Source: Chrysomallon squamiferum (lineage: Eukaryota > Animalia > Mollusca). Taken from it: a DNA stretch of 64,000 nt. The notes under the pieces are model-generated. The model made no database searches and was not told where the DNA came from. It was given only the letters and a program-made list of their open reading frames with translations. Position numbers and translations under genes: made by a program. The DNA is taken from contig CM022665.1 in NCBI GenBank assembly GCA_012295275.1, forward strand, positions 8,370,001 to 8,434,000, given 5' to 3'. Below, one piece after another: positions 1 through 12,600 of this stretch. Position 1 is the first letter of the stretch. The number at the start of each line of letters is the position of its first letter.

Positions 1-473
1 TTATAGAGGTAATGTGATTAAATATTCATACCACATATGATTGATGTTTACTGGGGATGGTGTCAAGTTTCTTGGAAATCTAATTCCTAGGCAGTGTTCC
101 CAAAAGGTCAGATCTTTGTGAACTTGATTACTAGAAAGTGTACATTTTCTAACCTACTTAATATCATGTGTATGAAGTTAAATTGTCAGCAGATAAAAAA
201 TAGTTTTGAAAGTAAGTTAAAATTTTGCACATTGCATTCACTATAAAATTTTAAAAGATCATATCCAGAGTGATTACTGTTTTTGTTAAAAAGTTAGCTT
301 GAAACTGTTATTGTATTAAATCCTTGGCAGATTATAATGATTAATAACTTGTTCAACAAATTTTAATATATTGGTAAAATGCGTTGTTTATGGGTTTTTG
401 TGTGGTTGATTTTTTTTATTGATTTTTTATTTTTTTTAATAAAAAAAATAAGTATTATTATAAAATTTTGTAG

Positions 474-3400
474 GCACAGTTACGAGCAAGTGTATTTCTT
501 GCACTTGAAGAACAAGAATCTGTACAGGTGAGATAAGCCTAAAATTACATTTCTGGACTAGAAATACTGAATTTCCATATATAAATAAATTATAAATTCT
601 GTACTCACTGTTAGTTAAATATACCATTAAATTCAGCCTTAATATAAAAGTGTGTTTTGATGTTATAGTAAGGCCAAATTTAATTCTATAGTGATTATAT
701 TGAGACTAAAATAAATATTTTGAAATAATACTGCAAACACTTGTAAGTTAATAAAAAGAGGTGTTCAGTTCACCTAAAACCTATATGTATATATGTATAT
801 ATGCATGCATGCATGCATGTATGTATGTATGTACACAGATTTGAATTTTTTTTTATATAAATGTTTTTTTCTTCTGGAAAACAAACTAAAATTAAGAACT
901 TTTTAGCATAAGATGATAAGAGTTGTGTGTAAATGTTAATATATAGGACAAGAAACAGAAATAATAAAAAACCCAAAGAATTAGTGTCAACTTTTTTTAG
1001 CATTACAAATTATGTTTGTTTTCCTTTTTTCCATCTCATTTCTAGTCATTTCATCTAAGGTTAAAAATTAAAATAGCAATGTTTTAACTAAATTTATAAG
1101 ACTTCTTATAAAAAATAAATGTAACAGATATATTAATAATAAACTGGAATATTGTGTTGCTAAATACAGTCCCAGTTAATAACATTTCTAAAATCTCGAA
1201 ATCTAATTTTCGTTTCTGATTTTGTACAATATTTCTTTTAAAATAAATATCTTGAGTATGCTTTTTATATGAATTCATTAAAATGTGATAGTTTTTTTAA
1301 ACTTAATATAAATATAAAAGATATGATTAACCATATGTGATTGTTTATTCAACTGACAGAATAAAACGCCATTTTTGAATAAGAATTTGAAAGAATTCCT
1401 CAGCACAAAAGAAGGTGAGTAATTATTTACATTAAAATTTTAAAATAATATAAAAAATAAAAACTGCTTTTGTAAAAGTTTTGAATTAATTTATTTCATG
1501 CTTAATTGTTTAATTTTGAAAATTTTAATATACATGTAATAATCTGTATTGTATTATTCTGATTGTATCACAAGTTCTGATTGTTTAAGTTTACAGATTT
1601 ATCATTTGGAATAGTAAAATATATGTCAACATTATTAAAAGTAATTTATTGTGTTACACAGGAAAAGTAGTAGCAAGTCTGGTGAGAGATTTTCTGGAAT
1701 ATTTTGAACTGGAATTCACTCTAGCTGTGTTTGATCCTGAAACTGGCTTGGTAAGTCCTTATTACTGAATGTAATATTGGTATGCATGGCAGTTTTAATT
1801 AATTTTTCATTAGAAAATATTCTTTAATAAAGAGAAAAATTGTGGAATATTTAATACAGAATTCTTAAAACAATTTGCTGGACATTTGTTGTTTAAAAGT
1901 AGCTTTTTATTATCTACTGTTAAAATGAAACTGGTATTGTTTATCTAACAATTTGTATACTTTCAAATTATTTTTTGTTACTGTTGATCAAACTGAGCTA
2001 CTAATGAAACACAGTAATCATTACTGCTTGCATTGAAACTGAAAAATAATCTTTTTATAGATATATTATTTCATAAATAGAACACGAACAAAAATAACAT
2101 TCTAGATAGACTGAGAACACACAAACTTAGTATGATCTACAAATCTTCATGTCATACTTGAAAACAAACTAGAACACAAAGCTTGATGGTCACAAATTAC
2201 AGCTAAATAATACACATAAATTAATAATAATGTACTTTCAGACTGTATATGTTTTTATTTTTTTTTATCTAGGGACAAGACTGTCATCATCGAGAAGCTT
2301 TAGCCACAGCATTAAAACTTTCAGGCAAAGGGAATACAACAAAGAAGCCACTTCTAGCTGAAGTTGTACAGAATTTATATGACTATCAGTCCAAATCAGC
2401 AACAGATGTTTTGTCAAATGCTCATGTAAGGTTTTCTTAACATAACTTTGTTTGTTTTTTTAAACTTTGCGGTGGTGTGTGTGCACTTATGGCCTAAATA
2501 ATTTTAGAAAATTAATTTAAAACTTGCTTACAATAATTATCAAGTTGTTGCCTTTGAAAATATCTAGTAGAATTTGTTATATCCATCAGTATTTATATTG
2601 TTAAAGACACTTACAAATTTTAAATTCTGCATTCTTAAAAGAACATTCTTTAAAATATGGGTTATATCAAGTCAAGCTGCTGAAAAGATGTTTTCATTTT
2701 ACAAGTTAGTAGGTGCTTGCTAAGTTTCTTGTTTTAATCTGAAATTTTGATCATGATAATCAGTCTAACAATATTTTTTATTCTATTTTTGTGTGTGTGT
2801 GTCTGCATAGGACATTCATTGATTTAGTTATTTTTCAGTTAATTAGATTAATTTATCACAAAGAAGGGGTACCTATAGTTTGAAACCAATAAAAAAGTCC
2901 AGATTAAAATTTAAAGAAAAAACGAAAATATTTATAAATAGAACATGGTTTGTATGCAACCTTTTTATGTTTCTGATGTTATTTATCTAATTTTTTTATT
3001 AACCACATTAACTTTAGATAATTTATTCCTATTATTTCTCTCTTATCTTTTTTTTAATTTTTTTTTGCTTTTTTTCTTATAACAGTATACACATCTATAT
3101 CTGCAGCACTGATGTATATTTTTTTTTTGTGTTTCTTTGCCTTTTGCTCTTCAGGATTCTAATCAACAAGATTATATCACAGTTCCAAAGGTAATATACT
3201 TTATAGTGTCTTTCATTTCAAAACTGATTCTGGATACATAACTTTAAAATATCTATTTTACTATTTAGTTTGATAATATATATTATAAAATGATTTTGTA
3301 TTTGAATATTCATTATGATGTTCTTTAATGTAATTCGAACATTAATAACTGAACTTTTTCAGAAATAATTTCAGTCCTTTCAAATTTCCTAGAAGATAAA

Positions 3401-6400
3401 AGAATCATTTAGATAAATGTGATAAAAATTATTTTTATTTTTTTAATGCACTCAACACAGAAGTGTATGGAAACTTAAAATTAAAGTTAACAGTTTTCTG
3501 AGTTAGTTAGAGTAGAGATTATTACTTACAGATTACAGAATGTTAAATATAATGTTATGGTTAATACCTTTAACAGTAGTTTTTGACCACTTTTTTGTGA
3601 AAGCTTAGGAGCTATTTTATTGAAATTCTTTATTACCTGAACTAATACACAGCCAAAGATTTGTGTGTGTGTTTAACAGTCATACAAGATACACATAACT
3701 TGAATCTATTTATTGAATTAGAGATATTTAGCACTTTTGTTTTATGTAATATATTGTCAATAAGCGCAGCCCTGAGGGAATATAAATAAATAATACCATA
3801 TTATCTTCCAAACACTTGGCTATGGAAATTCATTTCAGTAAATACATAAACTAAATATTGCAGTTATCAGTTATTCTTAACTTTCATGTATTAAATCAGC
3901 AAAAAAGTCCGATGTGCTCATGTGCAGTTTTTAGGCTGACCATTTTTTAGTGTAATTTACACATATTAGCCGTATTACAGTGTTTCTTAAATATGTTTTT
4001 TAATGACTATGCTTCTTTTATTTTTAGCTATATTGTCATTTTGACATATATGATACTATTTACAAACTAATTGATCAGTAAAGGATATTAAAAATTTTGT
4101 TTTGATTCAGGCACTTATAAAGCCTGTGTCAGTGTATATTTAGTACAGCTAGTACTCATATATACAAACAATTATGATCTGAAGATTGCTTCAGTATTTC
4201 AGAAAATCTATACAGTGCCTCACTTTCAAAGTAGTTTCTCATCATAAATATGATTTAATTTGACTTTTCTTTTTAATAAATTTGTTTAATTATTATTATT
4301 ATTATTATAGTTTTATTTTTTTATTATTTTTTTTTTATTTTACAGAATCTGACAGAAGACCAAATTAATGATGCTCAGATTAAGTTCGAACTCTATGATA
4401 AGGTATTTTTTTTGTTGTTATGTGTTTTAAATATTTTGTAACATAAAAGTTAGATACTTAATATGTGGTTAAATTTGTACTTTTGACACAAACTGACATG
4501 TGTTGAAAGTAAAAAATAATAATTGTATATCTCTAATTTAGTATTATGCTAGTATCCTGAATTATAAATGCATTGTACATTTCTTTAAATATTTCTAAAA
4601 AAACCAAAAAAAAATGAAATGAAAAAGATATTAAAAATAAATCTATTAAACAAATATTATCTTACATTTAAGCAGTCATCTATTCACCTGTGACAGAATA
4701 AATTCTTTATAAATTCATAAAACTTTTAAATATTTTTGTTTGTACATTTCTTACTTTGATAAACATTTTAAATAAAATATTTTCAGGATGGAAATGGAAC
4801 AATTGAAAAAGAAGAGCTTCGAGACTTATTTATGGATATATTTCCTGGATTTCATAGGTTTGAAACTACACGTAAAATTTTATTATAGCTGAATAATTTT
4901 TAATATTTTCATGACTTTGGTAATTTCACATTTTAATTGCATAAACAAAAAATAAAACAAGTGAAAACAGTCTTCTTATACTTTGATAGAAATTATTCTG
5001 CAACATAAAATCACATAAACAAAATAAGTAAAATAAAATCAGTAATAATTTTTTATTAATTATATTTGTCATCGGTGTGTTTCATGTGATGAATTTGGTT
5101 ATAGTAATAATGATAATTATTTATCTTTGTGGTAACATTTTATATACACCTGTGTTTGTTATTCATAATAATTTTTAAAAATCTTTCGTTATTCACTCAA
5201 AGAAATCATGTATTTTGTATGTGTGTTTTCTCTTTTAATATGATGTTTATTTGGTTTCAGAAATATGCTGGACAGATATGTTAATGATGAATTCAATGCA
5301 ATTGATAAAGATTTTAGCAATAGTAAGTTTAAAAAAATAAGTAAAAAAAATAATTATTCAGATAGCATACTAATTAGTTTGGTGGTGATTCCTGAAACCA
5401 ATTATCTAAATATTTTAATTTTATTATCCGAAGTGGAAAGATGCTATAATGTATACAGCTGTGTTAAATATTAAATATTCATGCAAAACGTAGTTGAAAT
5501 GATGTTGAAAAAAACCCCAAACAATATCTATTAGAATCAATAACAAAGGTTATTAGTTATAATGCCAGGGTATACCAGTGTGTTTTTTCTGACTAAATTT
5601 GAAGTATGTTATTATAAAAGGCTTGGTGAAAGTACTGAAATTGAGTGTTCATTTGGACATCATTTTCTGTTAAAATTCCAAAATAATCTGCTAAATACTT
5701 TATTTAGAGATAAAAAAAACACACAAAATAATCAAGTAGACATCATACATGTCCATTTCTAGGATTCACCAGTAACCATTGAAACTGTTACATAATCAGG
5801 GTAGGGGATTATAATAATTAATTCAGAACTGTATTCTTTTTTTTTTTTTTTTTCCTTAATTAAAACAAATATTTTATATCCTCTTCGTGAAAGAAAATAA
5901 TTTAATCTGACATTCTGGAACATGAAAAAGAATGTTTTAGATCAAAAGCTTTCGTATGTTTAAAAAATATTTTTTAAAATATTTTTTTTATTTTTACCTG
6001 TTCTCTTTAGGGGTCTACATGTCTCTTAGTCCTGGAGGTAGGATCATTTTGTGCTAGTATTATGCATGGTTAATCATTTTCTCACAGGAAATGTGGCTAA
6101 AATTATCTTACCTACTCGATGATATTTGGTTTTGGCATGCAGTCTACCTAAATAAAATAATTTCTCTAAAACATAGTTGCATTTTGTAGAGTAGTAAGTG
6201 AAACATCAATGTCTGGTTGGGTGTTTTCTTCCAGTAATGTAGGATGTTAAAATGTAATATGTGAAGTAAAGAGACATGTTTGAAAGTAATGTTTTTGAAA
6301 GAAGTTTGGATTCTATACATGCATGCATGCATGCATACATACATAATGCTGTAAAGTCCCTTTACATGTAAAATAAAAAACAAAAAAATGGTTGAAGATT

Positions 6401-6654
6401 TTTATTCAGAGAGATCCTTTTATGTTTATGTTATTGATACAAGGAGCCTACATACATCTTGTATACTTCCAAGTTATGCATTTATTTTGTTTTTCTTGAT
6501 AAATAATTTATTATTACATTAAAATAACAAGATTATAAAAAATAATGGAAATTGACATATTTCTCACTGAAATGTAAAAACAGTGCCTCAGGATTTTGGA
6601 TGTGGGAGCTATGCAACAGTTTATTCCAAAACATATTTTTTTTCTCTTTTCTTA

Positions 6655-6696
<42 letters not shown>

Positions 6697-9600
6697 TATT
6701 ATTATTATTATTATTTTTTTTTAATTTTGTGTTCATGCATTTTCTTCAGCTTATTTGATTTTCACACTTTTGTTTTAGCAGTGATGTATCAGGAAAAAGT
6801 AAAACAAAATGGTTTATTTTTTATTACTATTTTTTTTTTTTCTATCATTAAAGATCTAGTTAAACATTATTGAGGTAAAACCCTAGTCAACCTTATTATT
6901 ATGTTAATGTGTATAACTATTTATATAAATGTTCAAATTTCACAATGTTTCAAGACTAATGCTCAGTTAACGTTATTAAATCTGTAAATTAAAAACATTA
7001 AAAAAAAAAATAATAAACTATATATATGTATATATATATATATTAAATGTAACAAAAAACATTTGTGGATTTGAGAATATGAAAATATAAACATGAAAGA
7101 ACTAATCAATATTAATGCTAAAATATTTTATTTTAAGTTATTGGCTGATATTGTTTAAACTGACCTCATACTTTTAGCAAATGACTGCATGATCTTGTTT
7201 TTAGTTCCAAAGCATGAAATAATTGAACTTCTCTTTTTCTTTTTAATTTAAAAAAAAAAAAAAAAATGTTTTTTCTGCTGTTTGGATTCTTATGATGAAT
7301 AATTTATTTTCTATGCAGTTGGAATTTTTATTCAATTTAATATTCTGAATTTGATCTATGTTGATATTATTTCATTTTTAGATAAGATCAGTTTTCTTTT
7401 CTTTTTTTTTTTTTTACTTACTTTATAGGAGTTATCTTGACTACTTTTCCGAAATGTCTGAAATATAAATGTAGTTCTGAGTGTCAGATTAAGGGTATCA
7501 AATTACTCACATAGAGATGACTTTAATCACAAAGATAAAATCACAATTTTTGCAATTTATAAAGAAGGAAGTTCTGTTAATCAGTGTTATATGACCAGTG
7601 GTCTTTTCTTAATTCATAAATTGTAAACAGTTATTCATTTAAATGATAAAATAGTGTTCCTTTTTTCTTGTAAATTTTCTTTATTTTATTTTATTGTATT
7701 ATTATTATTATTTTGAATCCACCCACAGTGTTATTACTGCTTTATTCTACCAACAGATGGTTACTAATTGTAATGTCTGTTAAGAATTATATCGTTTTAT
7801 TTTCTTAAAACCCCCTGAATATTTTGCCTTTTTACTTGACATATTTGTATTTATTAATGTTATACCTGAATGACCTCACTGTTTAAGATGTAAGACATAA
7901 TCCAGACTTAGTCTTATTAAATATGAATAATTTAAAACAAATATTCATTTTTGTTTTGTTTTTATCTTAAAAACTTAATTATCTCCATCTGATAAATTTT
8001 TTAATGTAGAGTAAATGTTTATATTTATTCTTGTGAAATATAAAATAAAACTTGGTGAACAAATAACAAGATATACTGTTGTCTTAAGCAATAGACACTT
8101 TGACTTAATTTGTATGCTAAGAAATGGCAGGAAATTCTTGCATTGCTTATAAATGATTTTTTTGTTTGTTTGTATTTTCATTAATATTTTGTTGATTTTT
8201 TTTAATCAGATTAGGAAAGATGCATTTCTAACTTATGGAATTATAAAAATAAATTATATTCCTTTTTTTTTTTTTATCACTGTTGATAATATCAGGTAGG
8301 TAGATTCCTTTTGTGACAGTCTTGTGACCATGAATTAAATAACACATATTAGAATATTAACACTGATTAAGTTTAGAAAAATATTTGGTTGAACAGACAA
8401 CATTCCTTAATCTATAATCTATTTATTATTATTTGTAACAGGCATAGACTTCAATGAGTTTCTAGGAATGTACAAGAGACTCTTTTTACTGTGCAAGTCG
8501 GTGGTGTCACAAGATGTTTCCAGTATTTTGCATTCACCTGGTCATTCCAGCAAGCCACCACCACTTCCATCAACTCCACCACCAGCAATGGTAAAAGTCT
8601 ACAAATGAATAATTGGAAATCAATTTTTCTTCTTTTCCTTAACTTTTTCCACAAACATTTTAAAATAATTTATGCTTCCAGTAAAAGCATTTTGAATATG
8701 TACCAATAAATTTATTCATAAAAAGGTCTGTTTTCTCAGGCAGTAATAAAATACATCCTGTTTTGCATTTCAGAATGTAAAATAATAAAAGTTATTATCA
8801 TTGATAGTCACCTAATTTGTACTGAATAGAATTTTATTGTTTTTAAATACATGTTTTGATTTTTCAGATCAAGAGTGGTAAAGAGAGTCTAAGTTCTTTG
8901 AATGAAATGAAGAATGGATCTGGTAACAATGAAGTCAATGGAGCTGTAAATGACATGTACTCTTTCTTTGATGATCCAGTACCGTCAGCTGGAGGATTTA
9001 AATCTTTCAGCAGGTTTGTTTTTATATATTTTTTTAAACTAAAGCAATAGATGAAAAAAACACATCAATGAAGATTGTTGAGGTGAGATGGCCTGTATAT
9101 GTTTATGTTTTTTGAAATTTGGAGCTAATTCATTTTAGTTGTTCAACAGAGGCTAAACAGAGTACTTTTGCAATATGTTTTCAACTTCTTTTTTTATCTT
9201 TTTTAGTTATGGATAGTCTATTGTTTTAGGCTTTCAGTTTATTCTGAAATTCTGTTTTATATTGTTGCATCATTATTTAAGAGCCTTTATCATATTCTGC
9301 ATCAAAGGTAAATTGTTACTTGGTTCTTACTTTGTACACTGATGATAATTTAAGTGTTTGTTAAGGTGCACATGTTACATCAGTTAGTTTTGGAATAACC
9401 AAGACTAAAATATTTGTGTTCATTTGTTGTCACAACAGTACTTCATCATCAAGAAGCAAACCATCTCACATACCAGTTTACTCACCACTCAAGAGGTTAG
9501 TTACTCACCAAATTCAGCATTGATGTTGCATTGTGCACACAGGGTTCGATGTTAACTGTTTGGCCATTTTTAACAATAATTACAGTGAAAGCAATGGCTT

Positions 9601-12600
9601 CAAACTAAATTTTTGTTGTTTCTCAAAATTAAATATATATATATATATTTTTTCCCTTGTAGATTATTACATTAAGGTCACAATGATTCTGATGGAATTG
9701 ATGAATTATGAATAATTGAGTATATTTGTGCTAAGAAAGTTCTGTGTTCAGCAGTACGAAAAATAAAGAAAAAATCCAGTTAGAAAAAAACAACAAAAAA
9801 AACAACATTTTATTAAGCTGTTTAGTTGTTGCTATTTAAAGTAATACTTACATAAATAATAAAACAACTGTTAATGTCAAACCCTGATATGTTTGTTGTA
9901 CACACTTTAATGATTGTAGTAACAGCAGTTACATTATAAAGGAAAGTTGAGCATGATGTGCTGTTAGAAAATATGTTTCTTTTCAAAACAGGATTTCTGT
10001 CTATTATTTCATCAAATAAATATATAAGTCAAAATGTAAATTTTAAAACGTGTAGTTACAAACATTAACTTAAGTTTGTAGTAATTAGAAAATATTTTTA
10101 TTTTATAGTAATATTACAGATCATATTAAATATTATCAATTTAAATTCAAGAATGTATTTTGTTTTTCTGTACTGTTCAGAACAGACACTATTCAAAAGA
10201 CAAAATAAGTGATTGCCAAAAGTGACAGAATTGGAAAGTCTTTACATTTGCATGGATGAATTTGACAACTGTTAACCAATGTATATTGAAATAAATTTTT
10301 ATTACGAGAATACAGCAAGAGGCTTTATCTGGAGCACCAAATCTACTAGCTCTGATTATACTATATCTTCATTTAACTTGTATTTGATTCAGTTTTGTAA
10401 TGAAATGTGTGTTCTTTTAATTTCATAATTAAAACAAAACAAGTTTCTAAATGCAATTAGCCACACTTAAGGATTTTAATGTTTTGGTTAGAGAGCTTAC
10501 CTTATTAACCAGGTTAGTTAGATTATTATTATTATTTTTTTTTTCCTTAATCATTACTTTGTGTTTCTAACATTCTTAATGTCTTATCTGTTAATTAACC
10601 ACTAATTAAGAAATTCATAAACTATGCATGTTATATAGCTATCACTGGTGCATAAACTCTGTATTGTCTTGTTAAAATATAGATATAATATATATAATTT
10701 ATAGTTATAAAAGTTTTTATTTATTTAGGTTTTTTTTAATATATCTCTTATCATTGTTCCCTTATAAAAATAATAACAATAATAATAATATTTAAATTAT
10801 CTTCAAAAATGCCTAAGTTGCAGCTGGTATCATCTTATTCATATACTGGCAAAATAAAGTCAAAGAAATATTTATTCAGAGATTTCACACTGAACATTCT
10901 ATTATTAAAACTATTTGTTGATGTTCACATATGGTATCCTTTGACATAATCAGCTACATTTTCAGTGAGTTATATAGGGGGAATTTATCTAGCTTTTATA
11001 ATATAATTTTTTTCAAATTTCTATGTAAAGTATTTTTACAATCTCTATTAATCATATAACACAATTATTCTTGTTAATTAGTTTCCAACCTTGTTTTCAG
11101 GTTACATCTTGTAATTAATTGTGTTATTTTTTATTATTGCTATATATTTTTAAAATACTAATTATTGGTTTTTCTCAGTTCTGTCTTGACCACTGAGTTC
11201 AGTTTTATAAAAAAATAAAAAAATAAATTCAATCTGATGGATATATCATTGTTTGAAATCTTAATGCATTACTTTAATGCTGATGTTAATAGAGTTTAGA
11301 ATGACATGAATGACTGCTGTTTCTAAATTAAATGTAAATGTACCTAATGATTATAATTATTTGGATCATTTTTATGTATTTTCAACAGCACGTCAGTATT
11401 ATTTTATAATAGTTTTAAAACTACATTACTTGTTTGATCTATCAGTGAAACAAGCAAACAAGCTGAGACAAAACTGACAAGTTCTGCAGTTAACAGAAAG
11501 ACTGAGTCTCTGACTTCAAATACTGGCAATGAGATGACATCATTGCAAGGTTTGCCATCTTTAAACAAAGACAGGGGAACTGGTGGCCTTTCGTCTTTGG
11601 TTGGAGCTCCTCCACTAGTTGATGGAAAACAAGGTACTAAAATGCAATTTTGGTAGTAAGAACAATAGGCCTAAAAGTCTTTTCTATACTTCTAAAAGAC
11701 TTTTGTTTTATATGAAGTCTTAGCTATTAATAGAGTATCACAGCAAAATAGTATGAGAATGAGATTGGTATATTTTGTTGTTACTAGCCACAGACAAAAA
11801 GAACAGCTTGGAAATGTACAAAATGTATAAAGGTCAGTTGTATCAACAAAAATACAATACAGAACAGAAAAATGACTTTTAATGTTTTCCACTGCAGTTT
11901 GGCAGATAACAAGATTGTAATTCTAGTACAATCAAAAGCATTGTAATTTCCAAATTTACAGTTGGGGGGGGTTTGACATTTATTTTTTAAAGAAATAATG
12001 CCATGAAAAGGATTGATTGTTTTAGGTATTCTCTTCTTTATTATGTTGTTAGTTCCCTCGTTAATAATGCTGTATTTCTGAAGTTAGAAAAAATTTAATT
12101 TAGTTTTGAATTAGGGTCACAGACTGGTATTTGTTTTTACTTAAATTTTTAATTTATTGCTTACATTAAACAGCAAAAAAAAGAAATGATTCAGAAGATC
12201 ATTTAAGAGACGCAAGTGACAGACTAAATGATTTTAGCATTGGTAAGTTTCAATATTTTTGAAAAATATGAAAAATAATTATTACTAGTTTAAAATGTAT
12301 CTTTTGTAATAGAAATAAATGGTTTTACTAAAACAGTATAAAAATAACAGACATAAACAACTGATTATATCACTATATTATATCTAGAAAATGTTATAAT
12401 AAAAAGGAAAACATTGACTTCAACATCTTATACTAAAAAAAAATTACAATAAACTATTACATTAATATATTCAGCTTTTGTATTTCATGTTTAATGCAAA
12501 AACAAAACTATATCTCTGTATATATTTTTTTTCAGATAATTCAGAAACCTTTGAATACGAAGATGATTATGAGCCAGAAGATGATGCTAATATTCAAAGT

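Noticed and set aside
7292-7348. ATGATGA ... CTGA resembling a C/D-box snoRNA in a CEP43 intron
   Set aside because: Very AT-rich, no convincing terminal stem and no recognisable rRNA antisense element.
7757-7759. Possible 3-nt microexon (caacag|ATG|gttact), and an AG|GTAGGT zero-length site at about 8295
   Set aside because: Weak donor or interrupted pyrimidine tract; indistinguishable from chance without reads.
8403-10941. U12-type signals: branch-like TTCCTTAAT at 8403 and donor-like GTATCCTT at 10934
   Set aside because: They lie in different introns and are not paired; the real donors are U2-type.
11389-11391. 3-nt microexon candidate (aacag|CAC|gtcagt)
   Set aside because: It would leave only a 54-nt downstream intron; unsupported.
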